Source: Candidatus Omnitrophota bacterium (GTDB lineage Bacteria > Omnitrophota > Gorgyraeia > 2-01-FULL-45-10). Taken from it: a DNA stretch of 64,000 nt. The notes beneath the pieces are model-generated. The model did no database searches. It saw only the letters and a program-made list of their open reading frames with translations, and was not told where the DNA came from. Where the stretch lies: assembly GCA_028699255.1 (NCBI GenBank), contig JAQVUX010000001.1:228733-292732 (forward strand), in the 5' to 3' direction. Positions 44,276 through 54,877 of this stretch are shown in pieces. The position numbers and the translations under genes were made by a program. The number at the start of each line of letters is the position of its first letter. Within the stretch, counting starts at the first letter, position 1.

Positions 44276-44352
44276 TGGCAGGCCAGGAGGGACTCGAACC
44301 CCCAACACGCGGTTTTGGAGACCGCCGCTCTACCAATTGGAGCTACTGGCCT
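44276..44352 (-). tRNA. tRNA-Trp (anticodon CCA)
   Basis: Minus-sense AGGCCAGTAGCTCCAATTGGTAGAGCGGCGGTCTCCAAAACCGCGTGTTGGGGGTTCGAGTCCCTCCTGGCCTGCCA. Lies in the classic rpmG-secE interval. Confidence 0.85.
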
Positions 44353-44413
44353 CGGCTTTCAACCAAACCAATCTCCTGGCGTTTGCCTTGCGGGATTAAG
44401 GGAGGCGTTACTC

Positions 44414-44566
44414 TTACTTAATCTCCTTATGCAACGTGTGCTTCCGGCAAGTCCTGCAAAACTTTTTCAACTCGAGTTTATCCGGATTCTTCTTCTTATT
44501 CTTCGTAGATGAATAATCTCTGTTCTTGCACTGCGAACACTCTAAGAGAATTATCTCCTGTGCCAT
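44414..44566 (-). CDS. rpmG: 50S ribosomal protein L33 (50 aa; below the ORF-track cutoff)
   Basis: Hand translation gives [50 protein letters not shown], a zinc-ribbon-type L33. Confidence 0.8.
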   Translation of the reverse strand: MAQEIILLECSQCKNRDYSSTKNKKKNPDKLELKKFCRTCRKHTLHKEIK

Positions 44567-45770
44567 TTTCTCTACTCTATCACTTCGGTTACAACCCCGG
44601 CGCCTACTGTGTGGCCGCCTTCGCGTATGGCGAAGCGCAGTTCCTTTTCCATGGCTATCGGGGTTATGAGCACTACTTCGAACTGGACGTTGTCGCCGGG
44701 CATTACCATCTCAACATCTTTCGGGAGGGTAACTACGCCGGTAACGTCGGTAGTTCTGAAGTAGAACTGCGGTCTGTATCCATTAAAGAACGGCGTATGA
44801 CGGCCGCCTTCTTCTTTACTTAATATATACACTTCTGCTTTGAACTTCGTGTGAGGCGTGATCGAACCGGGCTTGGCGAGTACCTGGCCGCGCTCAAGAT
44901 CGGTCTTTTCAATGCCCCTTAAGAGAACGCCTATGTTGTCGCCGGCCTGTCCTGAATCGAGGAGCTTTCTGAACATCTCGACGCCTGTTACAACGCTCTT
45001 CTTGGTCGGCTTTATACCTACTATCTCTATCTCCTCGCCTACCTTTATGATACCGCGTTCGACCCTGCCTGTTCCTACTGTGCCGCGGCCTGTGATGGAG
45101 AATACGTCTTCTATGGGCATAAGGAACGGCTTATCGATGTCGCGTTTAGGTTCGGGGATGAATGTATCGCACGCTTCCATAAGATCCATGATAGGCTTTA
45201 CCGCATCCGCGTTATCGGCCTGGGTCATAGCCTTAAGGGCGCTTCCTCTTATTACAGGGGTCTTGTCCCCGGGGAAGTTATACTTGGTCAGAAGCTCTCT
45301 TACTTCGAGTTCGACTAAGTCTACGAGTTCTTTGTCTTCTACTAAGTCTACTTTATTGAGAAATACCACTATTGAAGGAACGTTGACCTGACGGGCCAAG
45401 AGGATGTGCTCTCTTGTCTGAGGCATCGGGCCGTCTACAGCGGATACTACGAGGATAGCTCCGTCCATCTGGGCGGCGCCTGTGATCATGTTCTTAATGT
45501 AGTCGGCGTGGCCCGGGCAGTCGATGTGCGCGTAATGGCGCTTCTCTGTTTCGTATTCGACGTGCGCGACCGCTATCGTTACGGTCTTGGTTTCGTCACG
45601 GACGGTACCGCCTTTGGCGATATCGGCGTAGCTTTTAACCGTGGCCTTGCCCTTCTTCGCGAGAGTAGCAAGTATAGCCGCCGTAAGAGTAGTCTTGCCG
45701 TGGTCGATGTGGCCGATGGTGCCTATATTGACGTGCGGCTTGCTCCTTACAAAATTTTCCTTTGCCATAA
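44558..45770. repeat. tuf repeat copy 2: 1213-bp segment nucleotide-identical to 29320..30532
   Basis: Same evidence as copy 1. Confidence 0.8.
44572..45768 (-). CDS. tuf: Elongation factor Tu (copy in the tRNA-Thr/secE/nusG operon)
   Basis: Protein 100% identical to the 29334..30530 copy. Confidence 0.95.
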   Translation of the reverse strand: MAKENFVRSKPHVNIGTIGHIDHGKTTLTAAILATLAKKGKATVKSYADIAKGGTVRDETKTVTIAVAHVEYETEKRHYAHIDCPGHADYIKNMITGAAQMDGAILVVSAVDGPMPQTREHILLARQVNVPSIVVFLNKVDLVEDKELVDLVELEVRELLTKYNFPGDKTPVIRGSALKAMTQADNADAVKPIMDLMEACDTFIPEPKRDIDKPFLMPIEDVFSITGRGTVGTGRVERGIIKVGEEIEIVGIKPTKKSVVTGVEMFRKLLDSGQAGDNIGVLLRGIEKTDLERGQVLAKPGSITPHTKFKAEVYILSKEEGGRHTPFFNGYRPQFYFRTTDVTGVVTLPKDVEMVMPGDNVQFEVVLITPIAMEKELRFAIREGGHTVGAGVVTEVIE

Positions 45771-45798
45771 CTTCCTCCGCTTTTTATACTATTCTTTA

Positions 45799-45874
45799 TG
45801 GAGCTGCAGATCGGGATTGAACCGATGACCTCATCCTTACCAAGGATGTGCTCTACCGACTGAGCTACTGCAGC
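45799..45874 (-). tRNA. tRNA-Thr (anticodon GGT)
   Basis: Minus-sense GCTGCAGTAGCTCAGTCGGTAGAGCACATCCTTGGTAAGGATGAGGTCATCGGTTCAATCCCGATCTGCAGCTCCA, 24 nt upstream of tuf. Confidence 0.85.
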
Positions 45875-46044
45875 CGCTTTAGCCGTTTTTAGCGTTAGCG
45901 GCTGTCATACACGCTGTTTTACACAATTGACGTGTTAAACAAAAACTAAAAAGACAAAAAAATCTCGTATCAGAGTTGTCGTTAATATAAAACTCGTCGA
46001 TGATCTTGTTCTATATGTTTTATCGAAAATAAATTAGTTAAGGG

Positions 46045-46072
46045 ATTATAACAGAATTGCGGAATATGTCAA
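46045..46072 (-). promoter_or_regulatory. Near-consensus sigma70 promoter (-35 TTGACA, 16 nt spacer, -10 TATAAT) heading the tRNA-Thr/tuf/secE/nusG... ribosomal superoperon
   Basis: Minus-sense aaaaaaaatcTTGACAtattccgcaattctgtTATAATccc, about 165 nt upstream of tRNA-Thr. Confidence 0.5.
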
Positions 46073-46091
46073 GATTTTTTTTAATATTTTT

Positions 46092-46862
46092 TTATATCTC
46101 CTCAATAGTAGTCTTAGGTACCCATCCTACTCTGCCATCTATGCGCCTAATCTGCCTCCATCCGTCTCGCGTTTTTATGACGGATACCTCATCGCCTTCC
46201 TGCAGTCTGTAAAAAATGGTCGACTTGTCTATCGGCTCGTACTTCGCCTCAACGCCTTTGTTCACCACTATGCCGCGGCGCAATATCTCTTCATCGTAAT
46301 AACGTATCGCGAACGCGCCGATGCTGATTATCAGCAGGCTCAATGCGACAGGGTACATGGCCCGGATCTTCTTCGCCGCTACGGGCGTTACGATACCGAT
46401 AGCCAGAAGGATGGCGAATACGAAGTACAGGAACACAACGGATACCGCAATAGCATTCAGGCTAAAATCTTTGAATGGCGCTTTTATAATACTCACGACA
46501 GGATTTTTACGCGGGGTATCCACCGTCGAGCCGCCGATAAGCGATACGGCGTAATCGAGATTCGCCTTCAGATCGCCGTCCTGAGGCATGACGCGCCGCG
46601 CCTTTTCATAGAAGAGTATAGCGTAGCCTAATTTCCCCATCTTAAAATAGCAGTTACCCATATTGTAATACAGCGGTCCGCTAGTCTTACCCATATCAAG
46701 GATCCGGGAATATTCTTCCAGGGATTTTTCATAGTCGCGTTTTTCATAAAGACTGTTCGCGGAATAGAATAGTTTATTCGGATCCAGAGCTTTCTCTTCC
46801 GCGGAAACCGCAGAAACTATTATTAAAAACACTGCTACCGTCGCAAATATTATCTTTCTCAT
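46092..46862 (-). CDS. batE: BatE-like protein (tetratricopeptide repeats, transmembrane segments, C-terminal SH3-like domain)
   Basis: Signal/transmembrane N-terminus, tetratricopeptide repeats, two transmembrane helices, C-terminal GWRQIRRIDGRVGWVP SH3b-like. Last gene of the Bat-type operon. Confidence 0.65.
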   Translation of the reverse strand: MRKIIFATVAVFLIIVSAVSAEEKALDPNKLFYSANSLYEKRDYEKSLEEYSRILDMGKTSGPLYYNMGNCYFKMGKLGYAILFYEKARRVMPQDGDLKANLDYAVSLIGGSTVDTPRKNPVVSIIKAPFKDFSLNAIAVSVVFLYFVFAILLAIGIVTPVAAKKIRAMYPVALSLLIISIGAFAIRYYDEEILRRGIVVNKGVEAKYEPIDKSTIFYRLQEGDEVSVIKTRDGWRQIRRIDGRVGWVPKTTIEEI

Positions 46863-48733
46863 AATCGAACCCGCTCCAGATACTTTATGATGTCTTCCAA
46901 TTCCTTATAATCATCCTGCATCTTCTCCTTCGGAAACCGCAGAAAAGCGAACCTGGATTCATCGCATACCGTGAACAGATTCCGCACTTTGGTAATCACG
47001 GCCGTCTCGACGCCATGCGCGATGAGGCGATGGCTCACCATATCGACCGTGAGTCCTGCCGGCGGCATGTGCAAACGGTTGCCGAGATAGCCCTGCATCG
47101 TCTTAAAAAGCTCCTCATAAAATACTCTGGAATCACCCGTCCTGGCCCTGGCCTTAAGCGGCCGCATCCCGAACTTGGCGATCTTTAAAGCGGCCAGGCG
47201 CGAAGCATAAACAGAATCATGTTTTATCCGGTTCATTCTGCCTACTACTATATATATAGCGAATAGCGTTATCGCGGGGATTATAAAACCTAAATGAAAG
47301 GCCGCAGTGCGATACACCTGGCTCTGCCGCGGTATCCATCTACCGGGCGTATCCTTAATATATACGATATCGCCGGCCGGCAACGAATCTTCCGCTTTCA
47401 TGGGGGAAGGCGCGGGGCCAACTACCTTGGACGGCAACTCCTCTTTCGCTTTCTCGACTTGTAGAGGTATCGGGCCGTGCGTTATCGTTTTGTATTCTTT
47501 AGCGATCGGGTCAAAATAACTGAATGATGCCTTTGACAACTGGGTAACCTTTTCCGTCTCCGGTATCAGCACCTGCGTAAAAGTTTTTGAATTTTCCTGC
47601 GTCCTCACTTCCGGCTCGTACGCTTTGAACCCTTCGGTATTCTCGATCTTAGGCGGGAGAACTGTATTAAAATTGCCGGTGCCGTTTATCACCATACGTA
47701 CGGTAACGGGATCGGCGGTCTTCACTTTGGACGGTGACGCGTCATATATGAATTGATAATCACCGACCGCGCCGGAAAAATCTTTGGGCATACCTTCCTT
47801 CGGAAGAGCAGATATTATCAGGCGGACCTCATCCGATTTTAATTCCATAGGTTCTTTTGAATATTGGGCAAAAAAATCGTCGAAGAACGAATCTTTAAGC
47901 GCGGGATCCGCGCCAAACATATCGTCGCGCATAGACGCGCCCGTGCCCCTCTTGCGCACAACAAGATTGCATTTAATCCGCGCGGGACCGACTTTATAAT
48001 CGCCGGGACGCGTAGCGTACAGATTGGTCTTGAACTCCAGGACATCGAATGTAAGACCGCCGATGCTCTCCCTGTACTGCCTGGGCTCCTTGAATTCTAC
48101 TTTAGAAAAACCCTCCTGCGAAAAAGCCGGCAGTTGTATATCGCTTACGTTCAGCCGGTTCACATATAGCTTCACAATAACAGGTATCAGTTCGTTAACA
48201 TAGGCGGTGGGTTTTTCAAGATTCAGAGTAACATATATCCGGTCCTCAAGGTTTGCTTTTTCAGAAGGCATCGGTTCCGTCGCCGCAGGTTGTGGCCGAC
48301 TGCGCTGTATCGGCCTGTCCTCCGTAACGGTAAGCACTATACTGTTGGATGTGTAATTGTCGTTCTTGTATTTAAAAGCGAATGGCCCGAGGGGAAACTT
48401 TCCGACACGTAGAGGCTGTACCAGATACATATGCGTCACCGAACTCGAAACCTGGCCATTAATCACCGTCATCATGGTAGACGGGCCCATATATCGCACC
48501 TCGAGCCCGTCGATGTTACCGATATCCGGCGCCGGCATAGATTGCGTCCCACGGAAAGAGAGGCCGAGCTGAGCCGTATCGCCGAGAGCCACCCTCTCTC
48601 GGTCGAGAGACACCTCGAACTTCACGTCGCCGGCAGACACAGCCCCGCAAATCGCAAATGTCAGTATAAAAATCAGTGTAATAATCCTGAAATTCTTCAT
48701 CTCATTATTTTTTTCAAACTCGTTTTTTACCAA
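46859..48733 (-). CDS. batD: BatD-like oxygen-tolerance protein (large secreted/membrane protein)
   Basis: 624 aa, signal peptide, C-terminal transmembrane segment. Sits between BatC and BatE with start/stop overlaps. Confidence 0.65.
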   Translation of the reverse strand: MVKNEFEKNNEMKNFRIITLIFILTFAICGAVSAGDVKFEVSLDRERVALGDTAQLGLSFRGTQSMPAPDIGNIDGLEVRYMGPSTMMTVINGQVSSSVTHMYLVQPLRVGKFPLGPFAFKYKNDNYTSNSIVLTVTEDRPIQRSRPQPAATEPMPSEKANLEDRIYVTLNLEKPTAYVNELIPVIVKLYVNRLNVSDIQLPAFSQEGFSKVEFKEPRQYRESIGGLTFDVLEFKTNLYATRPGDYKVGPARIKCNLVVRKRGTGASMRDDMFGADPALKDSFFDDFFAQYSKEPMELKSDEVRLIISALPKEGMPKDFSGAVGDYQFIYDASPSKVKTADPVTVRMVINGTGNFNTVLPPKIENTEGFKAYEPEVRTQENSKTFTQVLIPETEKVTQLSKASFSYFDPIAKEYKTITHGPIPLQVEKAKEELPSKVVGPAPSPMKAEDSLPAGDIVYIKDTPGRWIPRQSQVYRTAAFHLGFIIPAITLFAIYIVVGRMNRIKHDSVYASRLAALKIAKFGMRPLKARARTGDSRVFYEELFKTMQGYLGNRLHMPPAGLTVDMVSHRLIAHGVETAVITKVRNLFTVCDESRFAFLRFPKEKMQDDYKELEDIIKYLERVRL

Positions 48734-50049
48734 TCCCTGGCGGGCTCGGGGAGATCGACGTTCTTTTTTCTCATCCGCACGACCATGCCTGTAGCCTCTT
48801 CGCCTTTATACCCCTCGAGCATCATCTTCGCTTCCTGCTCGGACATCTCTACGCCCTGACCCTCGGATTGCGGAGCCTGGTAAGCCTGTAGACCCGCCTG
48901 CTCGGCTTTTGCTTTGTCTTCCTCTGCGCCGTCTGCGGGTTGAGGTTGCCGCTCTTCCTTCTGGTCGGCCCCCTGGGGTTCTTCATTCTTTTTCTGATCA
49001 GCCTCTTTAGGCTCTTCCCCCTGCTCCTTCTTTTCTTCTCCACCCTGCGGCTTCTCTTCTTCCTTACCTTCGCCTTTCTTTGTCTCTTCCTGCTTTCCTT
49101 CTTTTTGCTTGGTCTCCCCCTGCTTCTTATCTTCTTCCTTCTGCTGTTGGCCCTTCTCTTCGCTACCCTTGTTCCGATCTTCCTTTTTCCCTTCCTCACT
49201 CTTCTCTGCCGCGCCCTGTTCTCCGTCCTTCTTCTCCTGAGATTTGCCCTGTTGCTGGGATTGTTGTTGCTGATCCTCGCCCTGCTTCTTTTCTTCATCT
49301 TGCTTAGCTTGTTGCCGATCCTGTTGCTGATCCTGCTTCTGGTCTTGTTGGTCTTGCTGATCTTTCTGTTGTTGGTCCTTTTGGTCCTGCTTATCTTTCT
49401 GTTGTTGATCCTTCTCTCGTTTATCCTTATCCTGCCCCTGGCCTTGCCCCTGCTGATTCTGTTTATCTTTCTGGTTCTTTTGCTGTTGATCCTTCTGGTC
49501 CTTTTTATCCTTGTCCTTATTTTCGTCCTTCTTCTCATCCTTTTTTTCGTTCTTCTTAAATTGGTATTTCTCCGCCAGGTCGTTTAATTTCTTATCTACA
49601 AACTCATAATTGAACTTCGCATCTTTATCAGCAGGATCGAGATCTATAGATCGCCGATAAAACTTCAGCGCTGTTTCGTATGACTCTTTCGCTTTTTTAA
49701 CATCATCCGCTTTTTCCGCGACGGCGCCCTGCCGGTAATAAACATTGCCGATGTTGTAATCGGAGGCGGGAATTATCCCGCGTTTCCCCGACGCTATGGC
49801 GCTGTTGAACTTCTCGACCGACGCGCCGTAACTATTAAGTCTGTATTTCGCCAGCCCGAGATTATACGACGATATCCCCGCCGCGGGATCCTTGGCCGCG
49901 GCCGCTTCATAAACCTTAGCCGCTTCGGCATAACGATTGCTATTATATAACAGATTTCCTTTTTTGACATCATCCTTGATGGATGCGGCCGCAGAATTAT
50001 TTACCGATGCGAGCAATAAAAAAATGGTTATCAGGGATATTTTCTTCAC
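48727..50049 (-). CDS. batC: BatC-like tetratricopeptide-repeat protein with about 230-aa extreme K/D/Q/E low-complexity domain
   Basis: Signal peptide, tetratricopeptide repeats (YNLGLAKYRL..., YNIGNVYYRQG), then a KDQQ/KEE-rich tract. Confidence 0.65.
   Translation of the reverse strand: MKKISLITIFLLLASVNNSAAASIKDDVKKGNLLYNSNRYAEAAKVYEAAAAKDPAAGISSYNLGLAKYRLNSYGASVEKFNSAIASGKRGIIPASDYNIGNVYYRQGAVAEKADDVKKAKESYETALKFYRRSIDLDPADKDAKFNYEFVDKKLNDLAEKYQFKKNEKKDEKKDENKDKDKKDQKDQQQKNQKDKQNQQGQGQGQDKDKREKDQQQKDKQDQKDQQQKDQQDQQDQKQDQQQDRQQAKQDEEKKQGEDQQQQSQQQGKSQEKKDGEQGAAEKSEEGKKEDRNKGSEEKGQQQKEEDKKQGETKQKEGKQEETKKGEGKEEEKPQGGEEKKEQGEEPKEADQKKNEEPQGADQKEERQPQPADGAEEDKAKAEQAGLQAYQAPQSEGQGVEMSEQEAKMMLEGYKGEEATGMVVRMRKKNVDLPEPARDW
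48894..49584. repeat. Low-complexity coding tract (K/D/Q/E-rich) inside batC, with short DNA tandem repeats
   Basis: Repeated motifs ctgttgctgatcctgcttctggtcttgttggtc.... All three frames on both strands give biased ORFs here; the R/K-rich and Leu-rich alternates are spurious. Confidence 0.7.
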
Positions 50050-51056
50050 CTGGACTGCCTCTTCTTTTCAGGAATAAACGGTTCGATCATAAGGAGCAGT
50101 ACCGCCAGGGCCAGGAAATAACCAAATCGTTCCTGGTACTGTTTGCTCGCCTTGCCTTCAATATCCTTTTTCTCCAGCCGCGATATGCTTTTGTCGTACA
50201 GCAGAACAAGCCCAAAATCGGACTGCGTCGCCCGCACGTAACTGCCGCCCGTCGAGATCGCTATCTTCTTCAGAAGCTCCTCATTCAGTTTTGAGCTTAC
50301 GACATTGCCGGAGCTATCCGCGACCCATCTGCCGGAAGCGCGCTCGCCGGTCGCCGGGATGAGCGAACCTTCAAATGTCCCGACGCCAACACAGTATATT
50401 TTTATGCCCTGCCCGGACGCTTCGGCGGCGGCCTTCAGGGGGTCGCCCTCAAGATCATCTCCGTCGGTAATAAGTACGAGAGTTTTGTATTTCTTGTCCT
50501 GACCTTTAAAAACATTTATCGCTTCGCGTATAGCGCCGGATATCGAAGTACCGCCTCGCGGAATAGTTACAACGCTCAGATCGTCAAGCGTCAGCAAAAA
50601 TCCGTTGTAGTCGATCGTGAGCGGGCATTGTAAAAATGCGGTGCCCGCAAACGCGACGAGGCCCACCCTGTCGCCGTTAAGCTTTTTCACCAGGTCCTTT
50701 ATAGCGAATTTCGTGCGCTCAAGCCTGTTCGGCTTTACGTCGGGAGATAGCATACTCTTCGACACATCGACAGCTATCAGTATATCAAGCCCCTTCATCT
50801 TGACTTCTTTCCACTCGAAACCCCATTGCGGGCGCGCGAGCGCGAATAACATTAAAAGCGCCGCTATGATAAGCAGGGCCGACTTGATAATCTTGCGCTT
50901 TACGCTGGCAGTAGGCGCGATCGAACCGGATAGGGCCTTTTCGACAAACCTGTTCATAAGCCGCTTCCTGCGCCTGGCCGCCCACAAAGAGAAAAGCGAC
51001 ATAACCAAAGCGGCCGCAAAGAGGATAGTGATATATTTAGGATTTGCGTAATGCAT
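50046..51056 (-). CDS. batB: BatB-like von Willebrand factor A domain membrane protein
   Basis: N-terminal transmembrane helices, vWA MIDAS context (DVSKSMLSPD...TDGDD), C-terminal transmembrane segment. Confidence 0.75.
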   Translation of the reverse strand: MHYANPKYITILFAAALVMSLFSLWAARRRKRLMNRFVEKALSGSIAPTASVKRKIIKSALLIIAALLMLFALARPQWGFEWKEVKMKGLDILIAVDVSKSMLSPDVKPNRLERTKFAIKDLVKKLNGDRVGLVAFAGTAFLQCPLTIDYNGFLLTLDDLSVVTIPRGGTSISGAIREAINVFKGQDKKYKTLVLITDGDDLEGDPLKAAAEASGQGIKIYCVGVGTFEGSLIPATGERASGRWVADSSGNVVSSKLNEELLKKIAISTGGSYVRATQSDFGLVLLYDKSISRLEKKDIEGKASKQYQERFGYFLALAVLLLMIEPFIPEKKRQSR

Positions 51057-51059
51057 AGG

Positions 51060-52058
51060 TTATGGCACCCTCATAAATATCGTGTTCGCCAACAATACTT
51101 CCAGAAGAAGCAAAATAACCGCAGGTATCAGGAAGATATAAAAGAGCTCGCTATATTCCTTATAACCAAAATGTTCTATGACGGATTTCTCAAGTTTATT
51201 TATATCGTCATATATCTTCCTAAGGGTCTCCGCGTCGCTGGCAAGATAGTATTTGCCGCCGGTGATGCCCGCGATGCGTTTTAAGACTTCCTCGTCGATC
51301 TCGATCGGTATATTCTGATAGACCTTCCTGCCGTAAGCATCGTGGAACGGATACGGCGACAAACCTTTTCTGCCGACACAGATCGTATAAACCTTTATGC
51401 CGAGCGCCTTGGCCGCCTCCGCGGCCATCACGGGCGAGATAGTTCCTGCGTTATTGACGCCATCCGTAAGAAGTATTATTATTTTCGACTTCGTTTTGGA
51501 TGTACGCAGGCGGTTACATGAGCTCGCCAGGGCGGAGCCAACGGCAGTACCATCCTCGATCATGCCGACTGTGACCCGGTCGAGATTTTCGTTGAGCCAA
51601 CCATAATCCGTAGTGAGCGGACATACCGTGTACGCGCGCGCCGCGAACGCCACCATGCCGATACGGTCATCCTTGCGCTTCTGTATGAATTCCTTGACGA
51701 CGTCCCTGACCACATCGAACCGGTTTACGCGCCGGCCTTTAAGCGTAAAATCCTCGGCCAGCATACTCGTCGACGTGTCCAGCGCAAGTACAATGTCCAC
51801 GCCCTCGGACACCGTCTTCGTGCCTTCGAGAACCGACTGCGGCCTGGCAAACGCCAGGATGATAAAGAAAAGCGCCGCCGCGCGCAGGAATGCGGGAGAC
51901 TTGCTCATGCGCGCGCGCAATGTCGGTTTTATTCCCTCAACCAGTTCGCGCGCCGGGAACGAGAATGCGGGCTCACCCCTTCTTCGCAATAAAAATACAA
52001 GGAGCACGGGAACCAGGATTATAAGGAATAGTACGGATGGGTACCTAAATATGAACAT
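51060..52058 (-). CDS. batA: BatA-like von Willebrand factor A domain membrane protein
   Basis: vWA MIDAS motif (LDTSTSM...LTDGVNNAG), N- and C-terminal transmembrane helices. Confidence 0.75.
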   Translation of the reverse strand: MFIFRYPSVLFLIILVPVLLVFLLRRRGEPAFSFPARELVEGIKPTLRARMSKSPAFLRAAALFFIILAFARPQSVLEGTKTVSEGVDIVLALDTSTSMLAEDFTLKGRRVNRFDVVRDVVKEFIQKRKDDRIGMVAFAARAYTVCPLTTDYGWLNENLDRVTVGMIEDGTAVGSALASSCNRLRTSKTKSKIIILLTDGVNNAGTISPVMAAEAAKALGIKVYTICVGRKGLSPYPFHDAYGRKVYQNIPIEIDEEVLKRIAGITGGKYYLASDAETLRKIYDDINKLEKSVIEHFGYKEYSELFYIFLIPAVILLLLEVLLANTIFMRVP

Positions 52059-52989
52059 CCGCCGCCCTCCTGGTTTCTTCTATAAACTTTTTCGCGGCCT
52101 GATACACAGATTCCATCTCACCTTTCTGCGGCGCGTACTTCGCGAACTTTACCAGATCGCAGGCGTTCAGAAACCCTTTGAGCAGTTCCTTCTGATCTGG
52201 CGATAGCGCGCGCGATCCGCCGAGAGACACCAGGAACTCTTCCGTAGTCATCTCCGGCGCCCTTAAGTTAAAGGAGCGCTCTATGTAACGCCTGATGCAA
52301 TCGGATATCCCGGCGTAGTATTCTTTCACGTCCGAACTCTTAAGAAAGCTCCGCCGTATCGCCTCAAGCTCTTCGAGAGCCAATTCGTGCGGCAGTCTGG
52401 CCGGCGCCGGTTTCGGTCTGAGTTTGTAAAAAATCGCGCCGGCGAAAGCCATGATGATAAAAATCAGTCCGCCGACGATAAACCAGTTGATCTCAAAATA
52501 AGAAAGCGGCCTTTTCACATCTTTTATATCCGCCGGCAGTTTTCCTTCCGGTAGTGAACTTTTAACCGTAATATTCAGGGCGCGCGTATGAGCGCTCTTC
52601 CATTCTCCGGAGCCGCTCTTGGTATTTTTATACTTAAATTCTATCTGCGGAATCTGGCGTTTTCCCACCGAGAAGGAGGCAAGATAATACCACCGTTTCA
52701 TCATGAACGCGTCGCTAAGCGGCGCTTTTTTGACTTCATGGCCGGAATCTTTTATCTCGAAGCCCCCGACCTTTTCATCATTTAGCTCCGGAAAACTTAT
52801 CTCGATTCCGCGGCGGTATTCTATCTCGATCGTAAACTTTACCCGATCGCCTATCATGACTACGGCACGGTCTACGGATTCGTCTATAGATATGCCGTCG
52901 GGAATTGCGGAGTCTTCCGCGAATACGGCGGGAGAGAAAATAAGTATAACCAGCACGTATATAAAAAATACTTTAGTTCTTACAGACAT
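52045..52989 (-). CDS. Bat-operon membrane protein (DUF4381-like)
   Basis: Signal peptide plus a central transmembrane helix. Conserved position between DUF58 and BatA in MoxR/Bat operons. Confidence 0.5.
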   Translation of the reverse strand: MSVRTKVFFIYVLVILIFSPAVFAEDSAIPDGISIDESVDRAVVMIGDRVKFTIEIEYRRGIEISFPELNDEKVGGFEIKDSGHEVKKAPLSDAFMMKRWYYLASFSVGKRQIPQIEFKYKNTKSGSGEWKSAHTRALNITVKSSLPEGKLPADIKDVKRPLSYFEINWFIVGGLIFIIMAFAGAIFYKLRPKPAPARLPHELALEELEAIRRSFLKSSDVKEYYAGISDCIRRYIERSFNLRAPEMTTEEFLVSLGGSRALSPDQKELLKGFLNACDLVKFAKYAPQKGEMESVYQAAKKFIEETRRAADVHI

Positions 52990-52990
52990 C

Positions 52991-53866
52991 TCATACCCTC
53001 TTCTTGCGTTTCTTGAAAAATTTGATGAACTCTTCGATGTATGGCTTATCGGTTCTTATGTCGATATGATCCATGCTGACGGCGCTGAAGATCTTGCCCC
53101 TGGCTTCGATCATCGCGCGGGATTTCGCCGAATATTTCCTGCGCACGGCGTCATTCGAGGAATCGACCAGAAAAGTCGAGCCCGACTCAGCATCCTGAAG
53201 CTCCAGCAGGCCGACATTGGGCAGGTCGAGTTCGCGCGGATCGGTTATCGTTATCGCTACCACGTCATGCTTCTTGTTAGCTATCGAGAGAGCCTTCCTG
53301 TAATCTTTGGCAAAGAAATCGGATATGACGAAAGCTACAACCCGCCGGCTGGTGATGCCGTCGAGATAGCGCAGAGCTCCGGCTATGTCGGTGCCTCTTC
53401 CTTTTGGTTTGAAATAAAGAGCTTCTCTGATAACGCGCAGGACATGCGACAAGCCTTTTCTGGGAGGGACGAACTTCTCGATGCGGTCGGTAAATATTAT
53501 AAGCCCGACCCTGTCTTTATTTTGTATGGCCGAAAATGCCAGCACCGCGGAAACTTCCGCGGCGAGCTCGCTTTTTAACCGCTTAGCCGTACCGAAATAC
53601 GACGAGGCTGACGCGTCGAGGAGTATCATCACCGTCATCTGACGTTCCTCGACATACTTCTTTATGAACGGATGGCCCATACGGGCAGTGACATTCCAGT
53701 CAATGGCTCGTATCTCGTCGCCCGGCTGGTATTCTCTGACCTCGTCAAACTCTATGCCGCGGCCTTTGAACACAGATTCGTACTGGCCGGAAAGCATGTC
53801 GGTGACAAGCTTCGAGGTCGTTATCTCGATACGCCGTATCTTGCGTAATATCTCTTTGGGAAGCAT
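52991..53866 (-). CDS. DUF58 family protein (vWA-like, MoxR partner)
   Basis: 291 aa. Typical DUF58 placement immediately after a MoxR ATPase. Confidence 0.75.
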   Translation of the reverse strand: MLPKEILRKIRRIEITTSKLVTDMLSGQYESVFKGRGIEFDEVREYQPGDEIRAIDWNVTARMGHPFIKKYVEERQMTVMILLDASASSYFGTAKRLKSELAAEVSAVLAFSAIQNKDRVGLIIFTDRIEKFVPPRKGLSHVLRVIREALYFKPKGRGTDIAGALRYLDGITSRRVVAFVISDFFAKDYRKALSIANKKHDVVAITITDPRELDLPNVGLLELQDAESGSTFLVDSSNDAVRRKYSAKSRAMIEARGKIFSAVSMDHIDIRTDKPYIEEFIKFFKKRKKRV

Positions 53867-53869
53867 AAA

Positions 53870-54865
53870 TTACGGGACTTTGACTTCTTCGAACACCCTC
53901 TTGATCACATCTTCCGACGTTTTATCCTCGGCTTCCGCTTCATAAGTTACTATTACGCGGTGCCGGAGAACATCCATACCGATCGTCTTCACATCCTGCG
54001 GAACTACATAGCCGCGGCCCTGCAAAAAAGCATACGCTTTTGATGCCACAGACAGATAGATGCTCGCCCGGGGTGATGCGCCATACTGGATAAGCGGGGT
54101 AAGCTCGTCGAGCCGGTACGCTTTTGGCTCCCGTGTGGCGAATACAATATCGACGATATACTTTTCGATGCGCTCGTCCAGATAGACCTCGTCGACGACT
54201 TTACGCGCCCTTACGATATCATCCGGGCCGACGACGCTCGAAACGCGTATCTTCTTATCGGTTACGGCCATCCGCTTCATTATTTTAAGCTCGTCCTCCT
54301 TCGAGGGATAACCTATCTTGAGCTTAAGCATAAAACGGTCGACCTGCGCCTCCGGGAGCGGATACGTGCCTTCGTGCTCAATAGGATTCTGTGTCGCGAG
54401 AACTAAGAATGGATCGTCCAGTTTGAATGTCTCCTCGCCTATCGTTACCTGACGCTCCTGCATCGCTTCTAAAAGCGCGCTCTGCACTTTCGCGGGAGAG
54501 CGGTTTATTTCATCGGCTAAAATTATATTGGAAAATATCGGGCCTTTCTTCGTCGTAAAATTACCGTCCTTGGGATTATATATAAGCGTTCCTACAAGGT
54601 CGGCGGGAAGCAGATCGGGGGTAAACTGCAGGCGCTGGAACTTCGTCTTTATGCACTGTGCGAGGACGCGGACCGACAGCGTTTTGGCAAGGCCCGGCAC
54701 GCCCTCGATAAGTATGTGTCCGTTCGCCAGAAGCCCAACCAGAAGACGCTCGATAAGATACTTCTGCCCCACTATGACCTTCTCCATCTCATCCACCAGC
54801 GATTTTACAAAAACACTCTCCTTTTTTACCTTTTCATTGATAGCTTCTATGCCGGTATTTAACAT
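53870..54865 (-). CDS. MoxR-family AAA+ ATPase
   Basis: Walker A GVPGLAKT, Walker B LLADEINR, 331 aa. Confidence 0.9.
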   Translation of the reverse strand: MLNTGIEAINEKVKKESVFVKSLVDEMEKVIVGQKYLIERLLVGLLANGHILIEGVPGLAKTLSVRVLAQCIKTKFQRLQFTPDLLPADLVGTLIYNPKDGNFTTKKGPIFSNIILADEINRSPAKVQSALLEAMQERQVTIGEETFKLDDPFLVLATQNPIEHEGTYPLPEAQVDRFMLKLKIGYPSKEDELKIMKRMAVTDKKIRVSSVVGPDDIVRARKVVDEVYLDERIEKYIVDIVFATREPKAYRLDELTPLIQYGASPRASIYLSVASKAYAFLQGRGYVVPQDVKTIGMDVLRHRVIVTYEAEAEDKTSEDVIKRVFEEVKVP

Positions 54866-54877
54866 GATCTCCCCCGT

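Noticed and set aside
44509-44823. Plus-strand 104-aa ORF (also 29313..29585) antisense to tuf and rpmG
   Set aside because: It is an antisense ORF inside the identical tuf repeat, and the real genes explain the region.
48849-49587. R/K-rich 229-aa minus-strand ORF and Leu-rich 215-aa plus-strand ORF over the BatC low-complexity tract
   Set aside because: They are alternate-frame and antisense artefacts of the biased KDQ-coding repeat. The BatC frame alone has a signal peptide, tetratricopeptide repeats and operon context.
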